A stretch of DNA of 64,000 nucleotides from Thermoplasmata archaeon (lineage in GTDB: Archaea > Thermoplasmatota > Thermoplasmata > Lutacidiplasmatales > UBA184). The position numbers were made by a program, and so were the translations under genes. Each line of letters starts with the position of its first letter. The stretch's first letter is position 1. Positions 27,585 through 36,532 of the stretch are shown here, in pieces. The notes beneath the pieces were generated by a model. It was given only the letters and a program-made list of their open reading frames with translations. It ran no database searches and was not told where the DNA came from. Location of the stretch: positions 15,409 through 79,408 of the forward strand of contig DAHUXZ010000005.1 in NCBI GenBank assembly GCA_027315455.1, given 5' to 3'.

Positions 27585-28214
27585 ATGCCGAAGCGAATCC
27601 GACGGCAAGCCGCGACCCCCGCCCGAACGAAGCGTCCAGCGCGCCGGGGTCGTCGGGCGCCCGAGCGCCCTCCCGCCCGCCCTCGCGCCCGCAAGGGGTT
27701 CGTCGGCCGGGACGGTTCTCCGGTGCTCGACCGCTACCCGCCCCGCGCTCCCGCCGGCGGCGCCCCCCCGGCCGTTCCTGCCGCGATCCCGCCGGTCGCC
27801 CGCGCGTCGCCGACCCCTTCCGCGCCGCCGTTGCCTACCCCCTCGGCCGCTCCCCGTCCCGTGCCGTCTACCGCCGTGGCCGCCCCGGCCCCCGCTCCCG
27901 CGGGAGCGGGGCTCCTCTCCCTCGACGCCCCGTTCGACCTCGACGGCTTTTCGCAGCTGCTCGGGGAGCCGGCATTGCGGGTGACGGTCCCGCGGGAGAA
28001 CCTGGCGGAGGTGCTCCACCGGGTCACCGACTTCATGGGCTTCGGCATCTACGTCTACGCGTTCCGCGTCGAACCGGCGCCCGAGGAGCGCCTGCGCCGG
28101 TTCGTGGTGACCCTCGAACGGGTCGACTACTCCGCGGCTCGGGCCGTATGGGTACCGTTCGAGGAGAAGGGGCGCAGCGACAGCCCGTTCGGTCCCGGCG
28201 ACCGCCGCGCGTAG
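27585..28214 (+). CDS. hypothetical protein with Pro/Ala-rich N-terminal half and ~95-aa globular C-terminal domain
   Basis: 209 aa. The C-terminal part (LSLDAPFDLDGFSQLLGEPALRVTVPRENLAEVLHRVTDFMGFGIYVYAFRVEPAPEERLRRFVVTLERVDY) looks like a real fold. The start is uncertain. Confidence 0.4.
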   Translation: MPKRIRRQAATPARTKRPARRGRRAPERPPARPRARKGFVGRDGSPVLDRYPPRAPAGGAPPAVPAAIPPVARASPTPSAPPLPTPSAAPRPVPSTAVAAPAPAPAGAGLLSLDAPFDLDGFSQLLGEPALRVTVPRENLAEVLHRVTDFMGFGIYVYAFRVEPAPEERLRRFVVTLERVDYSAARAVWVPFEEKGRSDSPFGPGDRRA

Positions 28215-28270
28215 CCATCGGCCGGCGCTCGGGCTATGTAGGGCGGGGCCCTTCGTCGGCCGGTCGAGCG

Positions 28271-28483
28271 ATGTCGGAGGACTCGGGACATGCGGCCCTC
28301 GAGGTCGAGGTGCGTACGCTTCGGCGCGAGGTCGCGGAGCTGCGGGCGGAACAGCGTGAGCTGGCCCGCTCGATCGAGGAGCTCACCCGGACCTTCCGGG
28401 CCCTCGCGGCCCATCTCGGCATCGCCGCAGAGCCGTACCGCCGCTCGGGAGATCCCGGCCGGGACGCGCCCGGATTCGCCTGA
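28271..28483 (+). CDS. small coiled-coil protein
   Basis: 70 aa, from ATG 28271 inside track ORF 28148..28483. Heptad-like EVEVRTLRREVAELRAEQRELARSIEELTRTFRAL. Confidence 0.4.
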   Translation: MSEDSGHAALEVEVRTLRREVAELRAEQRELARSIEELTRTFRALAAHLGIAAEPYRRSGDPGRDAPGFA

Positions 28484-28537
28484 CCGCCGCGAAACGTTAA
28501 CGCCCAGCGCCGTTCGGGCCCCCGGGGGCCACGGGGC

Positions 28538-30319
28538 GTGACGATCCTCTACCGGGTGGGCTTCGACCGCACGACCGACCCGCGGATCGAGGTCACGGCC
28601 GAGGTCGGTCCGGCGTCGGCCGACCACCTCGACCTCGTCCTGCCGTCCTGGGTCCCCGGCTCCTACCACATCATCGACTACGCGAAGAACCTCCTCTCCC
28701 TGCGCGCGACGGACGGCCCCGGCGGCGCGCCCCTTCCGATCGAGCGCGTAGCGAAGGACCGGTGGCGCATCTCCACCCTAGGGGCGGCCTCGGTCTCCGT
28801 GCGCTACTCCGTCTACGCCCACGGGTTGATCACCGAGGGGGTCGACCTGACCGCCGAGCACCTCTTCCTCAATCCGGCGCTCGCCCTGCCGTACGTGGAC
28901 GGCCGCGCAGCCGAACCCTGCGAGGTGGAGTTCCACCTGCCCCCGGGCTGGAGGGCGTTCGCGGAGCTGCCCGAGGTCCAGCACGCACCGCCCCGGTTCC
29001 GCGCGAAGGATTACGACGAGCTCGTCGACTCCCCGATCGACTGCGGCACCCCGGTCGAGCTCGGATTCCACGCCGCCGGGGTCCCCCACCGCATCCTGCT
29101 CTGCGGCGCCGGAGGCAACTACGAGGCCCACCGGCTCGAGACCGACCTCGCCCGGCTGGTCGAGGCGACGGCGCGCCTCTTCGGGGAGCTGCCCGTCGAC
29201 CACTACACCTTCTTCTACCACCTGACCGACGAGCCGGACGGGGGGCTCGAGCACGCCCGCTCCAACTCGGCCGTCATCCTCCGGACGACGTTCCGGCCCG
29301 AGAGCGCCTACCAGCGGTTCCTCGACCTCTCCAGCCACGAGTACTTCCACCTGTTCAACGTCAAGCGCATCCTCCCCGCCCGCCTGGTCCCCTTCGACTA
29401 CACGCGCGAGGTCTACACCCGCCTGCTCTGGGCGATGGAGGGGACGACCGACTACTACGGCCTCCTTCTCCTGCGGCGGTCGGGCCTCCTCCCGCCGTCG
29501 CGGTACCTCGAGGAGCTCGCGAAGCTGGCCCGGACCTACCTCCACACCCCCGGCCGACGCGCGCGCTCGCTCGAGGACGCCTCGTATCTCGCGTGGATCG
29601 ACTTCTACCAGCCGCACGAGGACCTCGCCAACCGCACCGTTTCCTACTACCTCAAAGGCCATCTCGTCTCCTGGGCCCTCGACCTCGAGATCCGCCAGTC
29701 GAGCGCGAACCGCGCCTCCCTGGACGACGTGATCCGCGCCCTCTGGAACGAGTTCGGCCGCCCCCGCCGCGGCGTCGGCGAGGGCGACCTTCCGGCGGTC
29801 GCCCGGAGAGCGACGGGGATCGACCTGACCGGCTTCTTCGCCCGCTACGTGGCCGGGGTCGATGAGCTCGACCTCGCGACGTACGCACGCTACGCGGGCC
29901 TCGAGCTCGCCCCGAAGCGGCGGCCGCCCGAGGCCGGGGACGATCCCGAGCCAGGGGATCTCGGGATCGAGTACGTCGAGCGCCACGGTCTGGTCGGCAT
30001 CTCCCGGGTGCTGGACGGCGGGCCCGGGCGTCGGGCCGGCCTAGTGCCGGGGGACGATATCGTCGCGATCGACCGCGTGCGCGTCAGCCATGCCGAGTTC
30101 CCCAAGGCCCTCGCCCGGGCGCCGGCCGGGACCCGCCTCACCCTCACCCTCTTCCGGCGCGGTTACCTCACCGAGGTCGAGGTCGAGACCGGCCCGGCCC
30201 TCGCGGAGAAGTTCGCCTTCACCCCGGTCGCGGCGCCCACCGACCTTGAGCGGTCGATCTACGCCTCGTGGCTCGAGGCGAAGTGGGTAGACCGCGCCAC
30301 GGCGGCCCCGCCGGACTAG
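28538..30319 (+). CDS. M61 family metallopeptidase (glycyl aminopeptidase-like) with C-terminal PDZ domain
   Basis: 593 aa. HEYFHLFNVKRI (HExxH plus the family-typical NVKRI). PDZ-like GLVPGDDIVAIDRVRV. Confidence 0.85.
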   Translation: MTILYRVGFDRTTDPRIEVTAEVGPASADHLDLVLPSWVPGSYHIIDYAKNLLSLRATDGPGGAPLPIERVAKDRWRISTLGAASVSVRYSVYAHGLITEGVDLTAEHLFLNPALALPYVDGRAAEPCEVEFHLPPGWRAFAELPEVQHAPPRFRAKDYDELVDSPIDCGTPVELGFHAAGVPHRILLCGAGGNYEAHRLETDLARLVEATARLFGELPVDHYTFFYHLTDEPDGGLEHARSNSAVILRTTFRPESAYQRFLDLSSHEYFHLFNVKRILPARLVPFDYTREVYTRLLWAMEGTTDYYGLLLLRRSGLLPPSRYLEELAKLARTYLHTPGRRARSLEDASYLAWIDFYQPHEDLANRTVSYYLKGHLVSWALDLEIRQSSANRASLDDVIRALWNEFGRPRRGVGEGDLPAVARRATGIDLTGFFARYVAGVDELDLATYARYAGLELAPKRRPPEAGDDPEPGDLGIEYVERHGLVGISRVLDGGPGRRAGLVPGDDIVAIDRVRVSHAEFPKALARAPAGTRLTLTLFRRGYLTEVEVETGPALAEKFAFTPVAAPTDLERSIYASWLEAKWVDRATAAPPD

Positions 30320-31599
30320 GGTGCCGGAGCGCCCGGAACGGGGACCGCCTTGCGTCCGTAGCGCCACTCGCCGTCCATCGGATAGAGGCGGCGAAGCGAG
30401 GTCCGCACGGAATCGCCGATCCGCAGTGTGCCGGGGGGAAGGTCGGCGACCTGGAGGGTCAGGCGCGCACCGGGGGCGAAGGCGACCATGGCGACGTCGT
30501 ACGCCCCGGCCGCCGCGACCTGGGCGTCGAACTCCGTCGGCTGCGCTCCCGGGGCGACGGTCGTGACGGACTCGACGTGGCCCACGTCCGGGAGCCGCTC
30601 CGCGGTGAGCGCCGCGGAGGAGCCGCACGCGCGGCAGGTGGACCGCGGCGGAAAGCTGAGGGCCCCGCACGCGCCGCACCGCGCCGCGGCGAGCCGCCAG
30701 CGCGCCGGAAGGTTCTCCAGGTACCGGGGGCGCGGCACGTAGGCGCCTTCCGAGATCGCCGTGCGAAGGTCCGGTTCCGCGGCGGGCGGGGACCACTTCC
30801 GTCGCGGGGGCGGGGCCGCCTCGTTCCACGCCCCGGTCCACGCCACGGGGCCGGTCGCCTCGAAGCCCGCGAAGACGCTCGATTCCGGCTCGATGCGCGC
30901 GAGCGCCACGCACGCGGGAGCCTCCGCCAAAGCCAGCAGGTCCCATAATCCGAGCGCCTCCGCGATCATCGGCCCGGCCGCGGGCGGCCCAGCGGCGTCC
31001 GGCCCCGTGTCGATCACCACCCCCGGAAGGTCGCGGGCGACCGCGGCGAGCAGGACCGGAGGGGGACGGACCGCGCGGACGAGAAGCCGTCCCGGACGGT
31101 CCACCGCGAGCCCGGTCCCGGCCGACAGGGCGCGGACCCACGTTAGGGCGTCGGGCAGGCTCCCCCGAGGGTGGCGCCGACCGCCGTGGGCGCGCGGCCT
31201 CAGCCCCGGCCCGTCGGCGAGGAGGAGCGCTGCCGCCGCCGCGCCGTGGGGTCCCGACGCGGGCGGGACCCCGCTCATCTCCGGCGCGATGACGAGCGAC
31301 ACGCCGGGGCCGCTCGCCGCGGCGGCCGCGGCGAGGGCGCGGTAGAGCGAGCCCGGCTCGCCGACATGACGACGCAGGGTCAGATGGCCGAGATCGAGCG
31401 CCTCGGGTAGGGCCCAATCGGCGCCGGCGGGCGCCGGCCCGACCCAATGGAGCTCGTCCACGGGCTGGGGCCGGGGAGGGAGGAGCTCGGCGGCCGCGAC
31501 GGCGAGCGTCAGGGCATCCTCGTCGGGCCCCTCGACCGTCCGTCCATCGCGCTCCCACGCCGGCCGGTACAGGGCCGCGGCCGCGATCGCCCGCGTCAC
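30316..31599 (-). CDS. fusion protein: HMG-CoA-synthase-like N-terminal domain (catalytic residues apparently absent) + DUF35 zinc-ribbon/OB-fold C-terminal domain
   Basis: 428 aa from GTG 31599, which overlaps the thiolase stop (GTGA). The N-terminus ALYRPAWERDGRTVEGPDEDALTLAVAAAELL...HWVGPAP...HVGEPGSLYRALAAA...LVIAPEMSG...GAAAALLLADG parallels archaeal HMGCS blocks. The C-terminus CGACGALSFPPRSTCRACGS plus an OB-like segment equals DUF35. Confidence 0.6.
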   Translation of the reverse strand: MTRAIAAAALYRPAWERDGRTVEGPDEDALTLAVAAAELLPPRPQPVDELHWVGPAPAGADWALPEALDLGHLTLRRHVGEPGSLYRALAAAAAASGPGVSLVIAPEMSGVPPASGPHGAAAAALLLADGPGLRPRAHGGRRHPRGSLPDALTWVRALSAGTGLAVDRPGRLLVRAVRPPPVLLAAVARDLPGVVIDTGPDAAGPPAAGPMIAEALGLWDLLALAEAPACVALARIEPESSVFAGFEATGPVAWTGAWNEAAPPPRRKWSPPAAEPDLRTAISEGAYVPRPRYLENLPARWRLAAARCGACGALSFPPRSTCRACGSSAALTAERLPDVGHVESVTTVAPGAQPTEFDAQVAAAGAYDVAMVAFAPGARLTLQVADLPPGTLRIGDSVRTSLRRLYPMDGEWRYGRKAVPVPGAPAP

Positions 31600-32768
31600 G
31601 GTCCGCTCACCTCGAACAGGGTCACGGTCGCGCTCGCCCCGGAGCCGCCCACGTTGTGCGCGAGGGCGCGCTCGGCCCCGCGGACCTGCCGACGTCCCGC
31701 GGCGCCGCGCAGCTGCTGGAACGCCTCGTACGCCTGGCTCGCACCCGTCGCTCCGATCGGGTGGCCCTTCGCCTTGAGGCCGCCGTCCGGGTTGACGGGC
31801 AGGCGGCCGCCGAGGCGGGTCGCCCCCGAGGTGGTCAGCTCGGCCGCACCGCCCGGGGCCGCGAACCCCAGGTCCTCGAGGGCGACGAGCTCGGCGATCG
31901 TGAAGCAGTCGTGGACCTCGGCGAACGACACCCGCTCCGGCCCCCAGCCCGCCCGGCGATACGCCTGCGCCGCCGCGCGCCGGGTGGCCGCGAGGCTGGT
32001 CAGGCTCGGCCGCTCCTGGAGGGCGAGGAAATCCGAGCCGGCCCCGGTGCCCGCGATGCGGACCGGGGTGTCCGTGAGCGTTCGGGCGATCTCCTCGCCC
32101 GCGAGCAGGACGGCGGCGGCGCCGTCGCTCACGGGACAGCAGTCGAGGAGGCCGAGCGGCGCCGCGACGCGGGGGGCCGCGAGGACGTCGGCGCGGGTGA
32201 TCGCCTTGTGGAACTGGGCGTTCGGGTTGAGCCGCGCGTGCTCGTGGTTCTTGACGGCGACCTCGGCGAGGGCCTCCGGCGGCGTGCCGTGCTCGGCCAT
32301 GTGCCGGGCCGCGATGAGGGCGTAGACCCCCGCGAAGGTCAGTCCGGCGAGACGCTCCCACTCGGTGTCGCCCGAGACCCCGAGCCAGTAGCGCCGCCGG
32401 GCGGAGGCGACGTCCGTCATCTTCTCGAGGCCCGCGACGAGGACGATGTCCGCCGCCCCGCTCTCGATGGCGTGGACGCCGGAACGCAGGGCGAAGCCGG
32501 CCGACGCGCAGGCGTTCTCGACGCGGGTCACGGGCGTCCCGACGACCCGCGCCTCCTCGGCGAGGATCGCCGACGCGTTGCCGAGCTGCCAGCCGGAAAA
32601 GCCGAGGCTGCCCAGGTAGGCCTCGTCGACGCGGGACCGCTCGAGTCCGCGGTCCACGCTGGCGAACGCCGCGTCGCACGCCGATCGCAACAGCTCGCGC
32701 GGGCCCTCGGGGAGTACCCCGAAACGGGTATGGCCTGCCCCGACCATCGCCGCTCTCCGACCGGCCAC
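31596..32768 (-). CDS. acetyl-CoA C-acetyltransferase (archaeal acetoacetyl-CoA thiolase)
   Basis: 390 aa. Active-site Cys in VENACASAGFALR, C-terminal HNVGGSGASATVTLF. An alternative start lies at 32747. Confidence 0.9.
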   Translation of the reverse strand: MAGRRAAMVGAGHTRFGVLPEGPRELLRSACDAAFASVDRGLERSRVDEAYLGSLGFSGWQLGNASAILAEEARVVGTPVTRVENACASAGFALRSGVHAIESGAADIVLVAGLEKMTDVASARRRYWLGVSGDTEWERLAGLTFAGVYALIAARHMAEHGTPPEALAEVAVKNHEHARLNPNAQFHKAITRADVLAAPRVAAPLGLLDCCPVSDGAAAVLLAGEEIARTLTDTPVRIAGTGAGSDFLALQERPSLTSLAATRRAAAQAYRRAGWGPERVSFAEVHDCFTIAELVALEDLGFAAPGGAAELTTSGATRLGGRLPVNPDGGLKAKGHPIGATGASQAYEAFQQLRGAAGRRQVRGAERALAHNVGGSGASATVTLFEVSGP

Positions 32769-32852
32769 CGTGCCCCCCGAACGCTCTTATCACGCGAGCC
32801 GTTGGAACCCATAAAGGGAGAGGGAGCGAACCTGTCCGAGATAGCGCCCATC

Positions 32853-33407
32853 GTGGTAGGGATCACCGGCGCCAGCGGCGCCCCGATCGCCGTACGCCTG
32901 CTCCGTGCCCTGAAGGACGCCCGCGAGCCGGTCGCGCTGATCGTCTCCGATGGGGCGGTCCCGGTCCTTTTCGAGGAGTGCGGGATGCGCCCCGCGGATC
33001 TCGCCCCGCTCGCCTCGGTCACCTACTCCGACCACGACCTCGCCGCGCCGATCGCGAGCGGGTCGAACCGAACGCGGGCGATGGCCATCGTCCCCTGCTC
33101 GGGCAACACCGTCGCGAAGGTCGCCCTCGGCCTCGGCGACACCCTCCTCACCCGGTGCGCCCAGGTCCACCTCAAGGAGCGGCGGCCGCTCGTGGTCGTG
33201 CCGCGCGAGACCCCGGTGTCGACGACGGCCCTCCGCCACCTGGCGGGCCTGAGCCAGGACGGGGTCGTCGTCCTGCCCGTCGCGCCGCCGTACTACCTCC
33301 ATCCCCGGAGCATCGAGGACCTGACGGACTACATGGCGGGCAAGGTCCTCGACCACCTCGGGGTCGCCCATCGGCTCTACCAGGGCTGGCGGGCTCGCGG
33401 GAGCTGA
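32853..33407 (+). CDS. ubiX: flavin prenyltransferase UbiX (prenyl-FMN synthase)
   Basis: About 184 aa. VVGITGASGAPIAVRLL, VPCSGNTVAKVALGLGDTLLTR, PLVVVPRETP. GTG 32853 is taken as the start, since there is no ATG nearby in frame. TATA-like cataaag at ~32810. Confidence 0.85.
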   Translation: MVGITGASGAPIAVRLLRALKDAREPVALIVSDGAVPVLFEECGMRPADLAPLASVTYSDHDLAAPIASGSNRTRAMAIVPCSGNTVAKVALGLGDTLLTRCAQVHLKERRPLVVVPRETPVSTTALRHLAGLSQDGVVVLPVAPPYYLHPRSIEDLTDYMAGKVLDHLGVAHRLYQGWRARGS

Positions 33408-33409
33408 CG

Positions 33410-33955
33410 GTGGCCCGCTCGACCTGGTCGCAACTGCTCCCCTGGCCGTTCGTCGGGGTCGTCGCGCTGCTCGTCGCCCTCATCTTCCTCACGCCGAACC
33501 TCCTGTCGACCTCCGAGCCGGCCGCGGGGAGCCTCATCACGCAGGCGGAGCTTCTCGTGGACCGGACGGCGAGCGGCAACACGACGTACTTCTATCTCGA
33601 GGGGCTCGGGAACGTCCGCTACAGCGAGATCCGCTGGGCGGTCGCCGCCCCGACGGTCTGGCCCGTCGCGGGCTCCCTGGCGAACCTGACGTGGAACTCG
33701 AGCGGCAACGTCTCGAACCGCCTCGTTGCGGTCTTCGCCTCGACGGCGGACCCGGTCGCCGTCAACGTCTCGATGGTCTACGTCGACGCCGCCGGGGCGA
33801 CGGTGACGTACGTGGGGGCGTTCGCGTTCCTCGTCGCGGGCGGCATGCTCAATACCCTCCCGCTCCTCGGGGGGGTCGCCGGGGTGCCACCGACGTCCCT
33901 CTCGGCCCTGCCGATCGCGCTCGTGCTCGGAACCGCACCACCGGGGGCCGGATGA
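33410..33955 (+). CDS. membrane-anchored extracytoplasmic protein, unknown function
   Basis: 181 aa from GTG 33410, 2 nt after the ubiX stop. One N-terminal TM helix (WPFVGVVALLVALIFL), then a sequon-containing domain. Confidence 0.5.
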   Translation: MARSTWSQLLPWPFVGVVALLVALIFLTPNLLSTSEPAAGSLITQAELLVDRTASGNTTYFYLEGLGNVRYSEIRWAVAAPTVWPVAGSLANLTWNSSGNVSNRLVAVFASTADPVAVNVSMVYVDAAGATVTYVGAFAFLVAGGMLNTLPLLGGVAGVPPTSLSALPIALVLGTAPPGAG

Positions 33956-34314
33956 GACCCGCGCGGCTGATCCTGTTCTGGGCCAGCGTCATCGCGGTCC
34001 TCCTCTTCGTCGAGGTCGCCGAGCTCACGCGCCTGTTCACCCTCCCGGTCCAGTCGGCCGTGGGCAATCTACTGTCGTTCATCTTCGCCCTCGTCTTCAC
34101 GACGATCCTCGCGCTCGTGGGGGCGATCTTCATCGGCATCTACATCTCCCACCGGCTGCAGTCCCCGGCGGGCTTCACCCCCTTCGAGGAGGAGATGCTC
34201 CAGATGCGGGCGGACGTGAGCCGGCTGCGCGCCGACGTCACGGAGCTCAAGGCGGCCCGGAACCCCCCGACCCTGCCGGCATCGGACCCGGCGTCGCCGG
34301 AGGCGCCGCGATGA
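33952..34314 (+). CDS. small membrane protein (2 TM) with C-terminal coiled coil
   Basis: 120 aa. ATG 33952 overlaps the upstream stop (ATGA). Two TM helices, then EEEMLQMRADVSRLRADVTELKAA. Confidence 0.5.
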   Translation: MRPARLILFWASVIAVLLFVEVAELTRLFTLPVQSAVGNLLSFIFALVFTTILALVGAIFIGIYISHRLQSPAGFTPFEEEMLQMRADVSRLRADVTELKAARNPPTLPASDPASPEAPR

Positions 34315-34898
34315 GGATCCCGGTCATCGACAACGGCGGCCAGTGGACGCACCGGGAGTGGCGCGTCCTGCGGGACCTCGGGGTCGAGACGCGGATCCTC
34401 CCGAACACCGAGCGGCTGCGGCCGGGGGACGCGGACGGTGTCCTCCTCTCCGGTGGGGCGCTCAGCCTCGAGGATTCCGAATCCCCCTTGGGCCGCATCG
34501 GCGAGTGGGTCGAAACGGTGGGCGTCCCCATCCTCGGCATCTGCGTGGGGCACCACTTTCTCGCGCGACACTTCGGGGGGACGGTCGGTCGGGCTCCCGC
34601 GCCGGAGTTCGGGCGCGTCGAGGTGACGATCGACGCGCCCGATCACCCCCTCCTGCGCGGCTTCGGACCGACGATGACCGTGTGGGAGAGCCACAACGAC
34701 CACGTGACCCGGCTTCCCGCCGGCTGGCGGTCGCTCGCCCATTCCGCCTCCTGTCCGGTGCAGGTGATGGCGCACCCGGAGCGGCCGATCTTCGGCGTCC
34801 AGTTCCATCCCGAGGTCGAGCACACCGAGCACGGCCGGGAGCTCATGGAGCGGTTCGTCGGGCTGTGCCGGACCGCGCCCCACCCAACCCCTAAGTAG
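34311..34898 (+). CDS. guaAA: GMP synthase (glutamine-hydrolysing) subunit A, class I glutamine amidotransferase
   Basis: 195 aa. MRIPVIDNGGQWTHREWRVLRDLGV, nucleophile elbow GICVGHHF, FHPEVEHT. ATG 34311 overlaps the upstream stop (ATGA). Confidence 0.88.
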   Translation: MRIPVIDNGGQWTHREWRVLRDLGVETRILPNTERLRPGDADGVLLSGGALSLEDSESPLGRIGEWVETVGVPILGICVGHHFLARHFGGTVGRAPAPEFGRVEVTIDAPDHPLLRGFGPTMTVWESHNDHVTRLPAGWRSLAHSASCPVQVMAHPERPIFGVQFHPEVEHTEHGRELMERFVGLCRTAPHPTPK

Positions 34899-34925
34899 CC
34901 CGGCCGGCTCGGCGGCGGGGCAGCG

Positions 34926-36473
34926 ATGCGGGCGCGCAAGGCATCGGGCGGACGCGAGGGGGACCTCACCCAGCGTGCCGCGAAGCTGAGGAAGGGCGTC
35001 GACCCGCTCCTTCCCCGGCTCACCGACGACTGCCCCCCGGAGCGGTTCGACCGTCTCCGGGCCGGCCTCGAGCGGGTGCGCGAGCTCAAGGACGACGAGC
35101 GGGGACTCGCGCGGGTGAGCCGATGGGAGGACCCCCTCGTGCGCGCCTACGCCGGGCTCCTCCGGTTCTACCTGGAGCCCGAATTGCCCGGGGTCCTGGT
35201 CGCCCAGTTCCCGGCCGGGGCGATCTCCTTCGCCCCCCTCGGGACGGCGCCGAAGGAGGCGCATATCGCCGTCCAGCAGTTCGACGACCCGCGCCGGCTG
35301 CTGATCGGCTACCTCGACTGGGCCCGCAAGGGGTTCCATTTCTTCGCGACGAAGGACGCGCTGTACTGCACGGGGCGCTCGGCCGAGCCGCCCCGGGAGT
35401 TCCTTCGCGCCCAGCTCGACGCCCTTCCCTACCGCCTCCAGAGCGTCGACGACGGCCGCGGCCACGACTGCCCCCACCTCGCGGCCGGGGAGCCCCGGCC
35501 GTTCGTGCGCGTCGACTGGCCCGGCGCCAAGACGGCCTTTCGCGTCTGCCGCGCCTGTGCCAAGGGCGACCGCCAGCTCCTCGCGAGCCTGTCGGCGGGT
35601 CTCGCGGTCCCGCACCCGGAGCGGGCGCTGCCGTTCGAGGCCGTCCTGAACGTGGACTGCCACGGCGGGGCCGGGTGCGTCCACCAGCGGCTGCCGGAGC
35701 CGTCCCGGGGCCTCCGGCGCGGCTACCTCTACGGCCGCCTCTCCGATGCCGAGTTCCTCGATCAGTACGTGAAGGAGGTGCGTCCCATCCTGGACGGGGT
35801 CCGCACACCGACCTACGTCGCCGCCGGGCGATGCTACGGGTCGGACCGCGCCGCGTTCCTCGCTGCCCTCTCCCCGACGGACGAGGAGCGGACGGCGCTC
35901 GAGGAGGCGCTGCCCGAGGTCGAGGGGCGGTTCGAGGTCGAGGAGGCGAGCGCGAGCCAGGCGCTCGAGCGCCTCTGGCCCCGCCACGCCGACCGCATCG
36001 TGCGGGCGATCGTCCCCGACCCCGAGCGGGCCGACCGCCTCGTGCGGGATGCCCGCGCGGCGCCGGGCCGCGTCTCGGACCTACTTCGCCGGGCCGCGCA
36101 GGAGACCCGCGAACGCTCCGCCCTCGCGGCGCTCCCCCGCTACCGCTCCCTCGTCCCGGAGGCGGCGTACGCCGACCGCGTCGCCCGGGCCCACCGCACC
36201 GGCGGCGCCGCGGCCGCCGCCAAGGTCCTCCTCCAGGGCCTTCCCCGGGAGGGGAAGGAGCGGGGGATCGGGTTCGCGCTGCTCCTCGCCCTCGACCAGG
36301 CGACCCCCCACCGCTGGCAGTTCAGCGACACCGAGCAGCAGTTCGGCTCGGCGCTCGAGGGAGCCGGGCGCACGCTGCTGTCGGCCCCCGCGGAAGGCTA
36401 CGACGCGGCGCTCGGGCGGTTCCTGGCCGCGGCGGGGGTCACGGCCTGGGGAACCCGAGAATCCGAGAGCTAG
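34926..36473 (+). CDS. hypothetical protein with Cys/His cluster
   Basis: 515 aa with well-balanced composition. Candidate metal ligands are HDCPH...CRAC...CHGGAGCVH. I recognise no family. Confidence 0.55.
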   Translation: MRARKASGGREGDLTQRAAKLRKGVDPLLPRLTDDCPPERFDRLRAGLERVRELKDDERGLARVSRWEDPLVRAYAGLLRFYLEPELPGVLVAQFPAGAISFAPLGTAPKEAHIAVQQFDDPRRLLIGYLDWARKGFHFFATKDALYCTGRSAEPPREFLRAQLDALPYRLQSVDDGRGHDCPHLAAGEPRPFVRVDWPGAKTAFRVCRACAKGDRQLLASLSAGLAVPHPERALPFEAVLNVDCHGGAGCVHQRLPEPSRGLRRGYLYGRLSDAEFLDQYVKEVRPILDGVRTPTYVAAGRCYGSDRAAFLAALSPTDEERTALEEALPEVEGRFEVEEASASQALERLWPRHADRIVRAIVPDPERADRLVRDARAAPGRVSDLLRRAAQETRERSALAALPRYRSLVPEAAYADRVARAHRTGGAAAAAKVLLQGLPREGKERGIGFALLLALDQATPHRWQFSDTEQQFGSALEGAGRTLLSAPAEGYDAALGRFLAAAGVTAWGTRESES

Positions 36474-36532
36474 AGACGCGCACGAACTGCGAAATATCGG
36501 ATGGTTCCTACCCCGTAGCTGGGGAAAAGCCC

